In this document: in pieces, positions 12,817 to 24,852 of the stretch
Layout of the letters: every line of letters starts with the position of its first letter
How positions within the stretch are numbered: the first letter of the stretch is position 1
The notes under the pieces: model-generated
Databases searched by the model: none
Told to the model about the DNA's origin: nothing
What the model saw: the letters and a program-made list of their open reading frames with translations, nothing else
Made by a program: the position numbers and the translations under genes
Assembly: GCA_016748015.1 (NCBI GenBank)
Contig: JAAOMT010000466.1
Span: 26,222-89,778 of the forward strand
Reading direction: 5' to 3'
From: Geosiphon pyriformis uo1
Taxonomy: Eukaryota > Fungi > Glomeromycota
Length of the DNA stretch: 63,557 bases

Positions 12817-15007
12817 AAAGTAATTTGCACAAAATTAGTCATTTCATTATAAATCCAATAGCACAAATAATCAAAAGTACAAAAAGATATTTAAAGATAA
12901 TTAGCTTATCAGAAATTTAATAGCTTCTATTAACAAAAAAATTTAATAACAATTTGGCATTAACAAAATCAAGAAACATGACAAAAAATCTCCAAACACA
13001 GTGTAGTCTTAAGTTCTAAAAACATTTTCATTACTTTTTAGATATTTTTTATGGGATTAAAGTCGATTTAGTAATTTTATATCTTAATATACCTTGGTGT
13101 CTAGATTATTCAATATTCTTATTTGAAGTGAAAAAATTATACCAAAATAAATTTCCTCTAAGATTTCCAAATGTATTGATCCAACCTAATTTTTCTGACT
13201 TTAAATTTACTGGATTTAATATAAACAATCATAAATTTTTTTCTTCTTTTAACAAAGAAAAATAAAAAAACCAAACTATGTTATGTTTTAATTTTATTTC
13301 TGAATTTGTTTTCTTTTAACTTACCTGCTTCATTATAAAAAAAATTATATACCCAATTTGTAATATTTCTGATAAGAAAATGAGATCGAAGTGACCTGAA
13401 TATTATTAGTTTGACAAAGTTTATTTTGAGAAATTCTTCAAAAATATTTATAATTTTAAACTATTAAAATTGAAAAATATAGTAATTAAATAAAAAATAC
13501 AAATATTAAATGAATGAAACAAAATTGAATGGGTTTGATTTTATTAAAAAATTTTTAGTAGAATGTTCTTGAATTCTATACCTTTTCTCTATAAATTTAT
13601 GAAAAAGTTTCCTAAAAAGCCATACCCAATTCAATAAGAGAAGAAAAATTAATTTTTAGCTCGCTGATCAAAGTTTATCGGCAACGGAATTATCCTTAGA
13701 AGAAAGGATACTAAATCAATTATTTGTTAGTAATTTGGAACAATTAAACAAATATTTCTCAATTATAGACAAAAGGTTTTTAAAACTTACAATTTTTATG
13801 ATATAATACAACTGAATTTTCTCATTAATTTAGCAAAAATCATTTAAAGCAAGTTATTTTATTATTTTCCAGACTGCCTGAAGACATTTCTATGAAGTTG
13901 ATAAAGGGCAATCGAATTATAAAGTTACAATACTATATATATTTTATTGATAGCATTCTACACTTTGCTTAAAATATTTCAATCTATATCATAACAATAA
14001 TAATAATAAATATAAATTTATTGTAATTAAGAATTAAAAAATCTTAGTCATCCTAAAAATTTTGTTTGGAAATTTTTTAGTTTGCAAGCGTTTTAGGAAA
14101 AGACACATTTGAATAATTAGCAAGAATTATGGAGTTTTTGGATTTCGTTTTCTATATGATTTAAGTTTTTCTCCAAGAAAGGATAAAAGAATTATAGTTA
14201 AAATGAAATATCAAGATAATAGATCAATCAATTTTGTTCAAAAAATTGCTTATTGTGAATAAAATATTTCAATATCTTAAAATGGAACTTAAAAAAAAGG
14301 TGAAACTTTGTATAATTCAAAAGTGTATAATTAAATTTGAGGAAATCAAGTAAAAATTGATGACTAGCTTTATCATAGATAAAAAATTACTGGCAAAATA
14401 ATTTTTGAAAATTTTTTTAACATTGAAAATCTTAAGATGAATATAAGCATTGGAAAATAACCAATGTCTGATAGCGTATTTTAAAACCACGCTGTTTTTA
14501 ATTAGGTATTAAAAAATATCCTAATAAATTTCAAAATGGTTTGATGGTTTGAAAATAAAATATAATAAAAAAAAATTTCATTCAAGAATATTTTGGATTC
14601 AAAATCAACAGTTTATAAACCTTATTTTGCCAAAAAAGAACTATCGCAAGGTTTTTTTGAGACCAAAAGTTTCACTCGATTATGGTTCATTTTGGGCGGT
14701 AAAAATCTGTTTATAGTGCTAATAAAAATTAATTCAAGTGTTATATTTGATTAAAAAACCGAAAATTCGGCTGTTTAGATATTTCATGCTTTTCAAATAG
14801 CGGCTCTGATGATTTGATTGTAGTAAGTTGCAGAGTCCCTTGAGATTCATCTCTCAGAGATAATATTAAAGGGACCAAAATAATGGGGACTCGGAAATAA
14901 TTGATCAATCGATAAAGTGCAGATTAACATGTGACTCCAACTCCGAATAAGTATATAACTAGCAAAAATACTGATGCGCAGGGAAAAAGACCTCTCATAT
15001 TTTACCG

Positions 15008-16507
15008 ATGTCACCCCAACAATACTTTCACGCTTTATCTAATGATTTTGGGAATTTATTTAACAGTCAGAAGTTCACTGATATTAGAATTATAGTTGGC
15101 GAAGCGCCCAATATTAGAACTTTTCATGCTCATTCCCAAATTTTAGCAGCAAGATCACCATATTTTGCTGTCGCACTCTCTAGAAATTGGATTAAAAGGG
15201 AAAATAATATCATTATCTTCCCTAAACCCAATATTTCACCAAAGATTTTTGAAATAATTCTCAGGTTAGGGTTTTCATTTCCTTCGATTATTTTGACCAA
15301 CATAAGATTCACTGTTTTGTTTTCCTGTAGATACATTTATAATGGCGAGATTTCTCTTGATAAACATGAAGTACCTACCATTTTAGAATTGCTTGTTACC
15401 GCTGATGAGCTTATTCTAGAAAACATAATTGATCATCTTGAAGACTATTTGATTGAACACCGTGCAAAAGAGCTAGAAAAAAATTTTGCTATTTTGCAGA
15501 AAACTTCATTTATGCATGATTCTTTCAAAAAGTTACAAAAATTCTGCACCGAAATAGCTGCTGAAAATCCAGCTATAGTCTTCAACTCGCAAGATTTTAC
15601 CTCCCTTAGTGAAAATGCTCTTGTCTCAATTTTAACCCAGGATGAAATAAATATAGAAGAATCTGAAATATGGGAAAAGATTGTAGAATGGGGAGTTGCT
15701 AAATTGGATAGCGATATTCAGACGAAAAAAGTTCTTTACTGGACAGATGAAAACTTTAACGCCTTTAAGGAATCCATCGAAAGGCTTCTACCTTTAATCC
15801 GCTTCTTTCACATATCTTCAGTTGACTTCTATCACAAAGTAAAACCATTTGCGAGAATCTTACCTGGAACTTTATATGAAGATCTTTTGCATCATTATCT
15901 CGTACCGGGTAGTCATCAAAAGTCTGTAGACGCTCAGCCATTACGTTGTTCTCAATCAAATATTGATTCAAAGCTTCTTCGATCGTATAATATAAGACAG
16001 CTTAATCATTGGATTCAAGGGAAAGACAAAAATATTCCTTTTGAAGGTCAACTTGGAAATGATTTTAAGTTATTACTTCGAGGCAGTCGAGACGGATTTA
16101 CTCCAGCGGATTTTCATCGATTATGCAATGATAAAGGAGCAACAGTTAGCGTAATCAAAGTGAAAGGAACTGGTCAGATAATTGGCGGCTTTAACCCACA
16201 ATCTTGGCACTCTAAGGATGATTGGTTGGAGGGAAAAGGAAGTTTTATTTTTTCTCTTGGAGATGATAAAACTGAAAATGCTATACTTAGCAAGTTTGTT
16301 ACAGGATATGGACCTTATGGTGGGCCAAATTGTGGGCCCTATTTTGGAAATGCCAATATGAGATTGTTTGGCAATGATTTTAAAAATAATTCAGAGTGCG
16401 CTTGTCAAAAGACAAGTTATTATGAGCATGCTTTACTTGGATCAGAAAATCAACGGGTGAAGTTTTCTGTCGAGGAGTATGAAGTTTTTCAAATCATAAA
16501 AAGATAA
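15008..16507 (+). CDS. BTB/POZ-BACK-TLDc domain protein, copy B (intact; 477 aa after removing intron 15265-15330)
   Basis: BTB (DIRIIVG..FHAHSQILAARSPYF..IFEIILRYIYNG), BACK (FKKLQKFC..FNSQDFTSL..EIWEKIVEWG..LPLIRF) and TLDc (LLLRGSRDGF..IIGGFNP..GPYFG..VEEYEVFQI). The 66-nt GT..TAG intron is at the same position as in copies A and D. Confidence 0.93.
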   Translation: MSPQQYFHALSNDFGNLFNSQKFTDIRIIVGEAPNIRTFHAHSQILAARSPYFAVALSRNWIKRENNIIIFPKPNISPKIFEIILRLGFSFPSIILTNIRFTVLFSCRYIYNGEISLDKHEVPTILELLVTADELILENIIDHLEDYLIEHRAKELEKNFAILQKTSFMHDSFKKLQKFCTEIAAENPAIVFNSQDFTSLSENALVSILTQDEINIEESEIWEKIVEWGVAKLDSDIQTKKVLYWTDENFNAFKESIERLLPLIRFFHISSVDFYHKVKPFARILPGTLYEDLLHHYLVPGSHQKSVDAQPLRCSQSNIDSKLLRSYNIRQLNHWIQGKDKNIPFEGQLGNDFKLLLRGSRDGFTPADFHRLCNDKGATVSVIKVKGTGQIIGGFNPQSWHSKDDWLEGKGSFIFSLGDDKTENAILSKFVTGYGPYGGPNCGPYFGNANMRLFGNDFKNNSECACQKTSYYEHALLGSENQRVKFSVEEYEVFQIIKR

Positions 16508-18559
16508 ATTTGCTTTTATTTAATTTATTTATACATTGTCTAAAGGTTGTGCTGTCTACCTTAGAAACTTTCAGTGACGGAATATTTTGTAGCCTACTAT
16601 TTTTAACCCACAATAAGTTAAAAGAGTAACATTTATCGATTTTAAACATCAAAAAACTTGAAAAAATACTTTTTATTAAACAACTTACAATTTCTAAAGT
16701 TTAGGTTTTTATCACTATAAAACGTTTTTAACTGAATAGCATTAGACGTATATTTGGGTTTCTCCGCTAGCTAAAATTATAGATTCTAGATCGTGTTTTA
16801 CTTTTTACTATGCAATAATATCAAAAAAATGCATTTAATAAATATCCTCGAAAGAGTAAAAGTTTTCAAAAACAATAGAATAGATTTTATTAAACAATGA
16901 TTTTTTTATTGAAGGTAATAGAAATTCCTATTATTCAGAAGAAATGCCTTTCAAATTATTAGTGACATTAAAATCTCATTTTTCCGTTTTATAATAATTA
17001 TCTGCTGAAATTTTTTACTTTTCCTATTAAATATAGAATTATTAAATATTATTTTAAGAATAGCAATTTCAATCAGATACCCAAAAATTGGGTTCAACTT
17101 TATGGTTAGTGTCAAAAAATTTCTATTATATACTTCCATAGCAGCGACCAGGCTAGTAGATAACCTTCGATTCTTTTTTCTTAAAGGATGAGTGTTATTC
17201 TATTCTCACATAACTTGCAACAGTTTACCATGATAAATTATCAATATCAGTAATTAGTTTCACACGTCGAATTAATAGTCTTGGTATATATTAAAAAAAA
17301 TAGATATTTTTGGATAAATAATAGTGAATATGAAAATTTTATCTAGATATGGGTTTTTCAAAGAGATACGTTATATAGCTACTAAATAATTCGGAAAATT
17401 TTCTCTATTAGACTTTAGGCCTCCTAAGAAAAGATCTTTTTAGAAACTGGAGGTCCTTATTATTTAGCTAGCCACATGTTACTGTAACCCTTTAATAGAT
17501 TTACTCTCTCTATATTAAAGAGCTATAGAATACATATGTTAAGTTAGAAATAGAATATTTGAGAATACGAGTTGTAGATAATACCAAAATTCCAGATTTC
17601 ATCTCATTTTGTTTTGTTTTGTTTGTGTTTGGCTTGCATTATTTTATTTATTTCATTATTTATGGACTGGTGGTAATTAATTAATTGGTAATGTATCTAA
17701 GAAGGTAAAATATTCAATATTGACGATCATCCATTGATTCTCTTCCGTCCCTGACTGTTTTATATAGAAAAAATGGCACAAATATTTAAAAATAAGTTTA
17801 CATTATTTTGTTAGATAAGGTTTTTTAATCCTATTCTTCTTTAAAATTATCAAACTATTTAAATATGAGCTTAATTCAAAACTAGTTTTTTTGTTAAAAA
17901 TAGACTGCTTAGAATTTTTCTATATATGATGCATAAAAATGAAACGGCGAATTTTACGAATCCTATGCTCATTTAATTAAAAAACTAAATGTGTTATCAT
18001 TATTAATAAAAAAAATTATAAGCTCTAGAAAATGAAGATACTGCATATAAAGATTTCACAAATATATTATTACTCGATTAAACTGTTAAATATCAATTCA
18101 ATTTATATGTAAGTAAAAATACCGAACCTAATATATAATAGCCTTTTAAATTGTGACTTTATTTTAATTAATTGTATATGTATTATTAAACAAATTTTTT
18201 TAAAATACATTTGGTTATTTTCGATTATAATAGCTTCATGGGCTTTAAAAATTTTCTGATGAGAAATAAAATATAGTCTAGTCAATTATTTGAGCAAGCT
18301 AATGAAATTTATGATTCTAAATATTCATGTGAATGAAACGACTTTAATGAATTATGTTAGTTTACTATCTTCACATCATGCTAAATATTAAAGTGAACAA
18401 AACTAATTAAATCTTTCACATCTTTTCACAGTTTTGACTAATTAAATTACTTTTGATCTTCGAGTTAAACCCAGGCATTATATATATAAATAATTTTGTA
18501 AGTAATATTAAAAACTTTTTTAATATCTTAATTAAATGGCTCTCCTTTTATTATCGTCC

Positions 18560-20430
18560 TTCTTATCACCCTCTATCTTTGCAAAATGAAATTTATAAAA
18601 GCAAAATTTATAGCGTGAAAGGATTACTTGAAGCACCAGGCCAGATTCCTATTATTGATAAGTTTCTGAAATTTTGCATTTTTAGCAAACCTTATGATAT
18701 CCGAAGATTGAGCAAAATTTTGTAAGACATGTCTCTTTAATATGCATAAAAAGTAGTAAAATTTTAATATTCTTCATATTTGTTGGGAATTGGTTATTTT
18801 ATTAAAAAAAAATTAATGCAGTTAGGTAATATTTTTATAATTTATATCGGTTCTTGAGTGCGCTTTATTATTATAAACAGTTCTAAAATTATTAAATATT
18901 TTATTAAAAAATTTAACTATAATTGTATAAAATAGAAAATTTTACGACTTAATTGGAAGTGTAATTTATTCCACTAAAAAATTGGTAACTTTAATAAAAT
19001 ATTTCACACGGGATAGGTGCTTTTTTAATTCGCTGATAAAGGATAGAAAAGCAAAGACATTATGTAGGCTATTCCTTATTTATGGTCATTATTATATTTA
19101 AAATGTAATATTCTTAATCCTAAATTTTATAGATTATAGTTTTTTAAATCAATAAAAAGTTGAATCTTATTCTAACCTGATGGAACAAGGCAACAATTAC
19201 CTCATCAATAAAATTTAAAGAATGGTAACGAGTTAGATGGTAGCATCGATCTTCGCCTCTCGCTTTACCTCATTCAATATTATGATAAATATCCTTTTGC
19301 AATTCAAGTAGAAGATTTTTGTAATTTACTTTATAAAAAATAAGAGCAAAATTATACAAAACTCTCAAGACTACCAGCTTTTAAAATATACTACCAAATC
19401 TATTTTTAATCTCATTTTCCTTTCCATTTCGAAAGAAGCTCCTAAAACCTGATAGAAATACATGACAAATTGGAAATAGTAATGCCAAGCTTATTAAAAA
19501 GAATAAAGAATGATATGGTAAAGAAATCATGTATTTCTCGAGATGTTTTTGTAGAAATTGAATGAAGGTTTTATTGATGGGTTGACAGTTGCAATAAATT
19601 TATATTGCAAGGAAAAGTGAGTTCATAAATGATATTTGTTAAAGAATAATTGCTATTATTATTTGAATAGATTTATTGAAACATATCCAAATTTATATAA
19701 AATTTCTAAGAAGGCATTACACTTACTATATATTGGATTATTGCAATTTTAACCAATCATTCAGAGTTTCAGCAGAAAGTGCACAACGAATTAGTTAGAT
19801 GTGAACGTTTACCAACCATTTCTGATTTTAAATCACTATATATATCCGATTACTGCTTAAAAAACTCTTTTTTGGATTCCTTTAGTTCCTTAACTTTTTT
19901 ATATTGCACTATGTTATTTTTTTTCTAAAATACTGCTTTTAAATTCATAATTTTCTATTATTATTATTATTATTTTTAAATTCCAACACCAACTATATTT
20001 CTTGAACAAGATGATGAATATTGAGGTTATCACATCCCAAAAAATTTATGCATAAATTTAAATGCTTATGTGTTAGATTTTGACAAAAATTAGTATAAAA
20101 ATTGTGACGTTTTATATCTGGATCAATTTCTTGATTCAAAAGAAAATATATGAATTTTTCGGAAAAATATGCCCTACCCGAATCGAGATATTATTCTTTT
20201 TGATTGGGAGATGAATGTATTAATGAGTCTGTTATAGATTCATATCATTTTACTCTACATTTCTGAAAAAGTTTTCTTTTTAATAGGCTGAAGCAGAAAT
20301 ATTGTATATTTTAAGTGGGCTACTTTGGACCTTTAAAATCGAAAAACGGGATGCTTTTTCCAATTAACCTAAACAATTCGTTCAAGAGTGTGCTTCAGAT
20401 TCCTAGTCCCATATGATGTTTGATTCATTT
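18560..20430 (+). pseudogene. Cytochrome P450 pseudogene
   Basis: P450 motifs survive in order: APGQIPII (~18635); I/J helix TLTIYWIIAILTNHSEFQQKVHNEL..RLPTISDF (19720-19830); DDEY*GYHIPK..NLNAY (20010-20070); a decayed heme loop near 20200; and AEAEILYILSGLLWTFKIE (20287-20343). There are many stops and frameshifts. Confidence 0.8.
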
Positions 20431-20659
20431 CGACATTAAGATATAAAATTTTTAATTTATATTTAAAATATTGAAGTTTTTAAGATTATATATTAGAGTT
20501 CCTTAAAAATTTTTTATCATCAATATATTACTTTTATCTATGAATCTTTGAAATTAGAAAGCTTTCATGATTATAAGTTATTAACCTATTGAAAAGTAAT
20601 TAACAAAAAACTTGTATCTAATTTTATATTTGCTATCATCTTTAATTTAATAATATGAC

Positions 20660-21045
20660 ATTTCTTTTAAATCTCTAATGCATTTCTGTCCAAATATTAT
20701 TTAAATTGATTAATCAACATTTTAAAACAAGATTTAAGAAATTTTAGAAATATTAGCTTTGCAAATTTTTATAAACTATATTTTAAATTTTTTAATAAAT
20801 TACATTGATAATATTTTAATAAATTATATATATAATGTAATAAGTAATTTTCTAAACTTATTTTAAAATTTTTTTTAATTATCAAAATATTGAATAAAAA
20901 AAAGAAAGTTAGTAATTGTAAAAAATTCATTAATTAACTAAAATATCTAAAAAAAACCAAATTAATTTTAATTTGTTTTTTGAAAAATTAATTATAAGGT
21001 GACATTATATCATGAGGAAAAATAATTATAAATAATATCAAAATA
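20660..21045 (+). repeat. Dispersed AT-rich repeat, second copy at ~36630-36968
   Basis: Shared colinear strings TAATGCA.TTCT.TCCAAATA, AAAATATCTAAAAAAAACCAAATTA and TCATGAGGAAAAAT.ATTA.AAATAATAT. Confidence 0.7.
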
Positions 21046-21069
21046 AACTATTTTAATCAAATACACAAA

Positions 21070-22104
21070 AAATAAAAAATATTATCGATTAATATTAATT
21101 TTCTGATCGTAAAATAATCAAATTTATATAATTTATGTAATAAATGTAGTTAAAATATATGTTACAAAATATCTAAATTGTAATTCATTTTAAATGCTTT
21201 TTTGAGTGAAATTTAACCGCTATTAATTTGAAATGGTATTTAATTATTTATTGAAAAAATTATTCAAAATAAATTTTATTTCAAAATTTTTGAATCAATG
21301 AACTTTTAATCTTTTATTTATTTAATACATTTTTTAAAATTGTATTGTGAATATTTGAAATTATTTAAATATTTTTTATAATTAAAAAATTATGCTGAAA
21401 TAAAAAAAAATCCCTCTTATTTTTAATATTTATAATAAATAATTCTGTTTGAAATAGACAAAATCACTGATGTAACTGTCCTAAAAGGAGTATTAGCACA
21501 GCAAAATACTAATGATTACCGCTGCTTGCCCTTTGCTTTGCTCGGTATTATCGGGAATTTAGTAGCGGACGGAATAGTATTTTTTTGGTCATAGTGTTTG
21601 GAGAATTTCCGGTGCGTTGGTTATCACCTAAAGTATGAGTATTGATGCACTGTCATAAATTTAGCTTAGAAAAATTCAGCAGATAGTGTACCTAACATGC
21701 TTTTCGCATGCTTATACGGCTAAATATTTAGTAGGGGGATTATTAAAGTTTAAGCCTCTTTTCTCATTGACACCATCTATAACTGAATTCCTCTAATTCT
21801 TGACTAGTTAAAGGAGCAATGATAATTTGCCCGTAATTATTAATTTTGCCACTAGTAGCTAGAATTTTCGATTTCGATTTTTTGCTTTTTATAACTTGAT
21901 TTGATTTAATTTACTTTTAAATTGGTATCAGACGGGAAGTCCAAAAAGGGCTTCTATTTGAATAAGAAATGAAAGTGGTTCTTTTTTTTCTTCCTTTACA
22001 TTTGCATCATAATCTATATGGAAGATAAATCATAAATTCCGTATTAATTTGAAAAAAAAGTGCAGATTCGATATTGTTCTATTGTTCATACTAATTTGGA
22101 TAAA
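21070..22104 (+). repeat. ~1 kb direct segmental duplication, partner at ~50235-51247
   Basis: High identity over 21430-22104 vs 50550-51247 (e.g. GCTGCTTGCCCTTTGCTTTGCTCGGTATTATCGGGAATTTAGTAGCGGACGG) and lower identity on the left. The minus strand looks like a decayed gene end. Confidence 0.92.
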
Positions 22105-23709
22105 ATTTAATTGCTGGTCTAAAATTGTTGGTGTTTAGAGTTTTTTGGTAATAAAAACAGCATTAAAGCTGTCTTTAATATTTTTTAATAGTTTATTTCA
22201 TTTAATAAATTTTCAACACAGTTAAATTCCAATTATTGTTTAACCAATTTCGGAGTAATATAGTTTTTTCATCATGTTAAAAAAAAAAATAATAATCTTT
22301 TTTAAAAATTGATATAATCAAAAATATTTTTGGCAATAACTTCTAAATAAAAACCAAATTTAAGTAAAAAATATCAAATTGTTTTGTTTTTTTCATTAAA
22401 ATATTATTTTTAATTAATTTTTTTTTAAATTCGAAAAAAAAATATGAAAATTGGTTCTATTGTTTTACTTAAATGTTTCTTATTAAATAACTTATAGAAT
22501 AATTTTGGAATTATGTAAGTTTTTATATTTAAATAGTTGTTAAATTAACATACAACTGATTAAATTAGATGTTAATTTTATTTATTTTTATGTAGTATTA
22601 TTATAAATAAAAAATTTATGCTAATATTTATAATAATTTTAATTTATTTTTATTATTTTTTATTTATTAATTTAAAATTTAAAATAATTTTGTTTTGATT
22701 TCTGAAACCCTTTCTTGTGAAATTTTATTGAATTATTATTAAATCAAATTAAATTTTGATGTTTTAAATTTTTAAAATGGTTTTGGGATTTTATAGTTAA
22801 ACAAGTTTTTGATTAAAAATAAAAGATAACTGCAAATCACATAAATTTAAATAAAATAAAAGTATAATGATTTTATAAAAAGATTTATTTTAAATTGCAC
22901 AAAAGTAACTGCTTAATATAAACAGTTTGTTTGTAAAAAAAACTTTTTTAGACAAGTTTAAATGTTAAATCATAAACAAAACCAAAAGACTCAAAAAAAT
23001 TTATTTTTAAATTTTAAAATTGCTGAAACTTTAAATATTATCATAGTGCATTTGGTTTTTTGAATATTTTATTACATTTTCTTTTAACTGTTTAAAATTA
23101 TTCCAGGTTTACGATTAAAGTCCAAGTTGAAATTCAGACAGCTCTAAAAAAAAATATTAAAAAATGCATAAGGTATGATTGAATGTTTTAACGTTCAGTA
23201 ATTTAATCGATTTCGGTTGTGTAAATTTTATTTTCAAATTAGCTAAACAAAGTTTTTGAAGTAGGACCATTGTCAATATTTTTTCATAAAACAATGTAAC
23301 TTGAAAAATTATTATTTTTCTTTTATATACTTTTTTAATAAATATTAAAAGAGGATTACTACGGTATGCTGATTACATAAAATACAACATTATCTGATAT
23401 TTTTACGCATTTAGCGCATGAAAGTGAAGCAGCCCAATTTTACAGAGGTTTTTCGGCGGAAATCTCAATAGAATTTTCCGTGCACCTTTGCTCAAGGTAC
23501 GCAAGTTGACTCAGAAAAAGTACACATCTAAATTTAACGATTGATTTTGGATTGGAATGTGTAGAATATTCGACAAAAAAATATATTTCTCTCAAATGAA
23601 TTTTTTAATTTTTCAAAGAAAATGCTGATTAAATAGCTTGAAAAGATTAGTCTTTTTCAAAAATGATGTACTTGCAATATTTTAAATGATTGAGATTAGT
23701 TGAGACCTT

Positions 23710-24680
23710 TTGCTACTTTCCAGGATGAAATTTTATCAATTAAACTAGCACTCTAATTCTGGGCTCACTAGCTAGTTTTTATCTTTTTGAGTTGGCTCTT
23801 AATTAACATGATGGCCAAAAAGAACATTTTTATCGAAACTAAATATCTTACAAGAACTATTATCATAAATACATTTAAGCTTGAGATTTTCATAAAGTCG
23901 AATATTTTCTTTAAAATTTCAAGTTTTTTAAACTTGTTGGATTTTATGTTACCCATTACGTTTGAGACCAAAAAATATCGAAATAAATTTTTCAGCTTGA
24001 ACAAATCGGATGCAGAGAATTCGAAATCTTTTTTTGATACGAAAATATTTTCTTGAATTTTTGAATTAATGAAATATTCCATTTTTTAGAACAGCTCAAC
24101 TTAAAAATCTAAAAGCAAAAATCAATTTCCTTTTTAAATTTTTCGAAGATTTGTCAAAATTCTCGTTTTGGTTATGAATTTTATCGTGAGGTATAGTCTG
24201 GTTAATTTTTTGGATGATAAAGCTTATGGCGCTTTATGTAAGCATGATGAAAAAATCAAAGGCTCTTATTTCCTTGAAATTTTGATTTCTCAAGAGAATA
24301 TTCAAAAGAGGTACAATATTTCACAACTTCTTTATGGGCCCATAAATTTATCATGGTTTAGTTATATTGAAACTTCGAATCGAGTCAAAAACATCGAGTT
24401 TTGTGATCATATTTTTACTACATTAACAAACTAGGTAAACTATTAAACGTAAAAGGGTAAAGGCTGTACTTGTACAAGACAGAACGAAAACTTGAGCTTA
24501 TTGGTGTTCATATGGATGTTTTTAGCAACGACATGAAGATTGGTTCTCTCATTCGAATGTTCATAAACAAAACTAGCGGACGAACGAATCAATTCTCACC
24601 GGTGAGAGTTATTTTAAAATTAGTAATTGATGCATGTAAAAAGATTTCCTTTAACCGAATTTCACGAAACTGGAAATAAA
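23710..24680 (+). pseudogene. Probable F-box/LRR-type pseudogene
   Basis: FQDEILSI..SWLLIN resembles the F-box consensus LPxEILxxI..SCLLVN. Downstream FLEILISQENIQ and VKNIEFCD resemble LRR-like repeats. Multiple frame breaks. Confidence 0.4.
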
Positions 24681-24852
24681 AAAGTTGTATTTTAATTTCA
24701 AATCATTTTAAAAATAATCCATCAATGTTCAAATATAAAAAACAAACCATATCCTGACTTTTTTTCTCATATTCGAATATTTTTAAAGTTAGCGCACTAT
24801 TAATCAAGTTAAAATGTTTTTTCGGGGGGTTATATCTGATTATTAAATCTTC

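Noticed and set aside
13550-14260. Coding-like decayed stretches (also ~1950-2600, 17000-17560, 30300-30780)
   Set aside because: Probably old pseudogenes, but I could not recover a convincing motif.
16307-16426. Diversity-generating retroelement explanation for TLDc variability
   Set aside because: Changes are not restricted to adenines relative to any copy, and no intact reverse transcriptase or invariant template repeat is visible.
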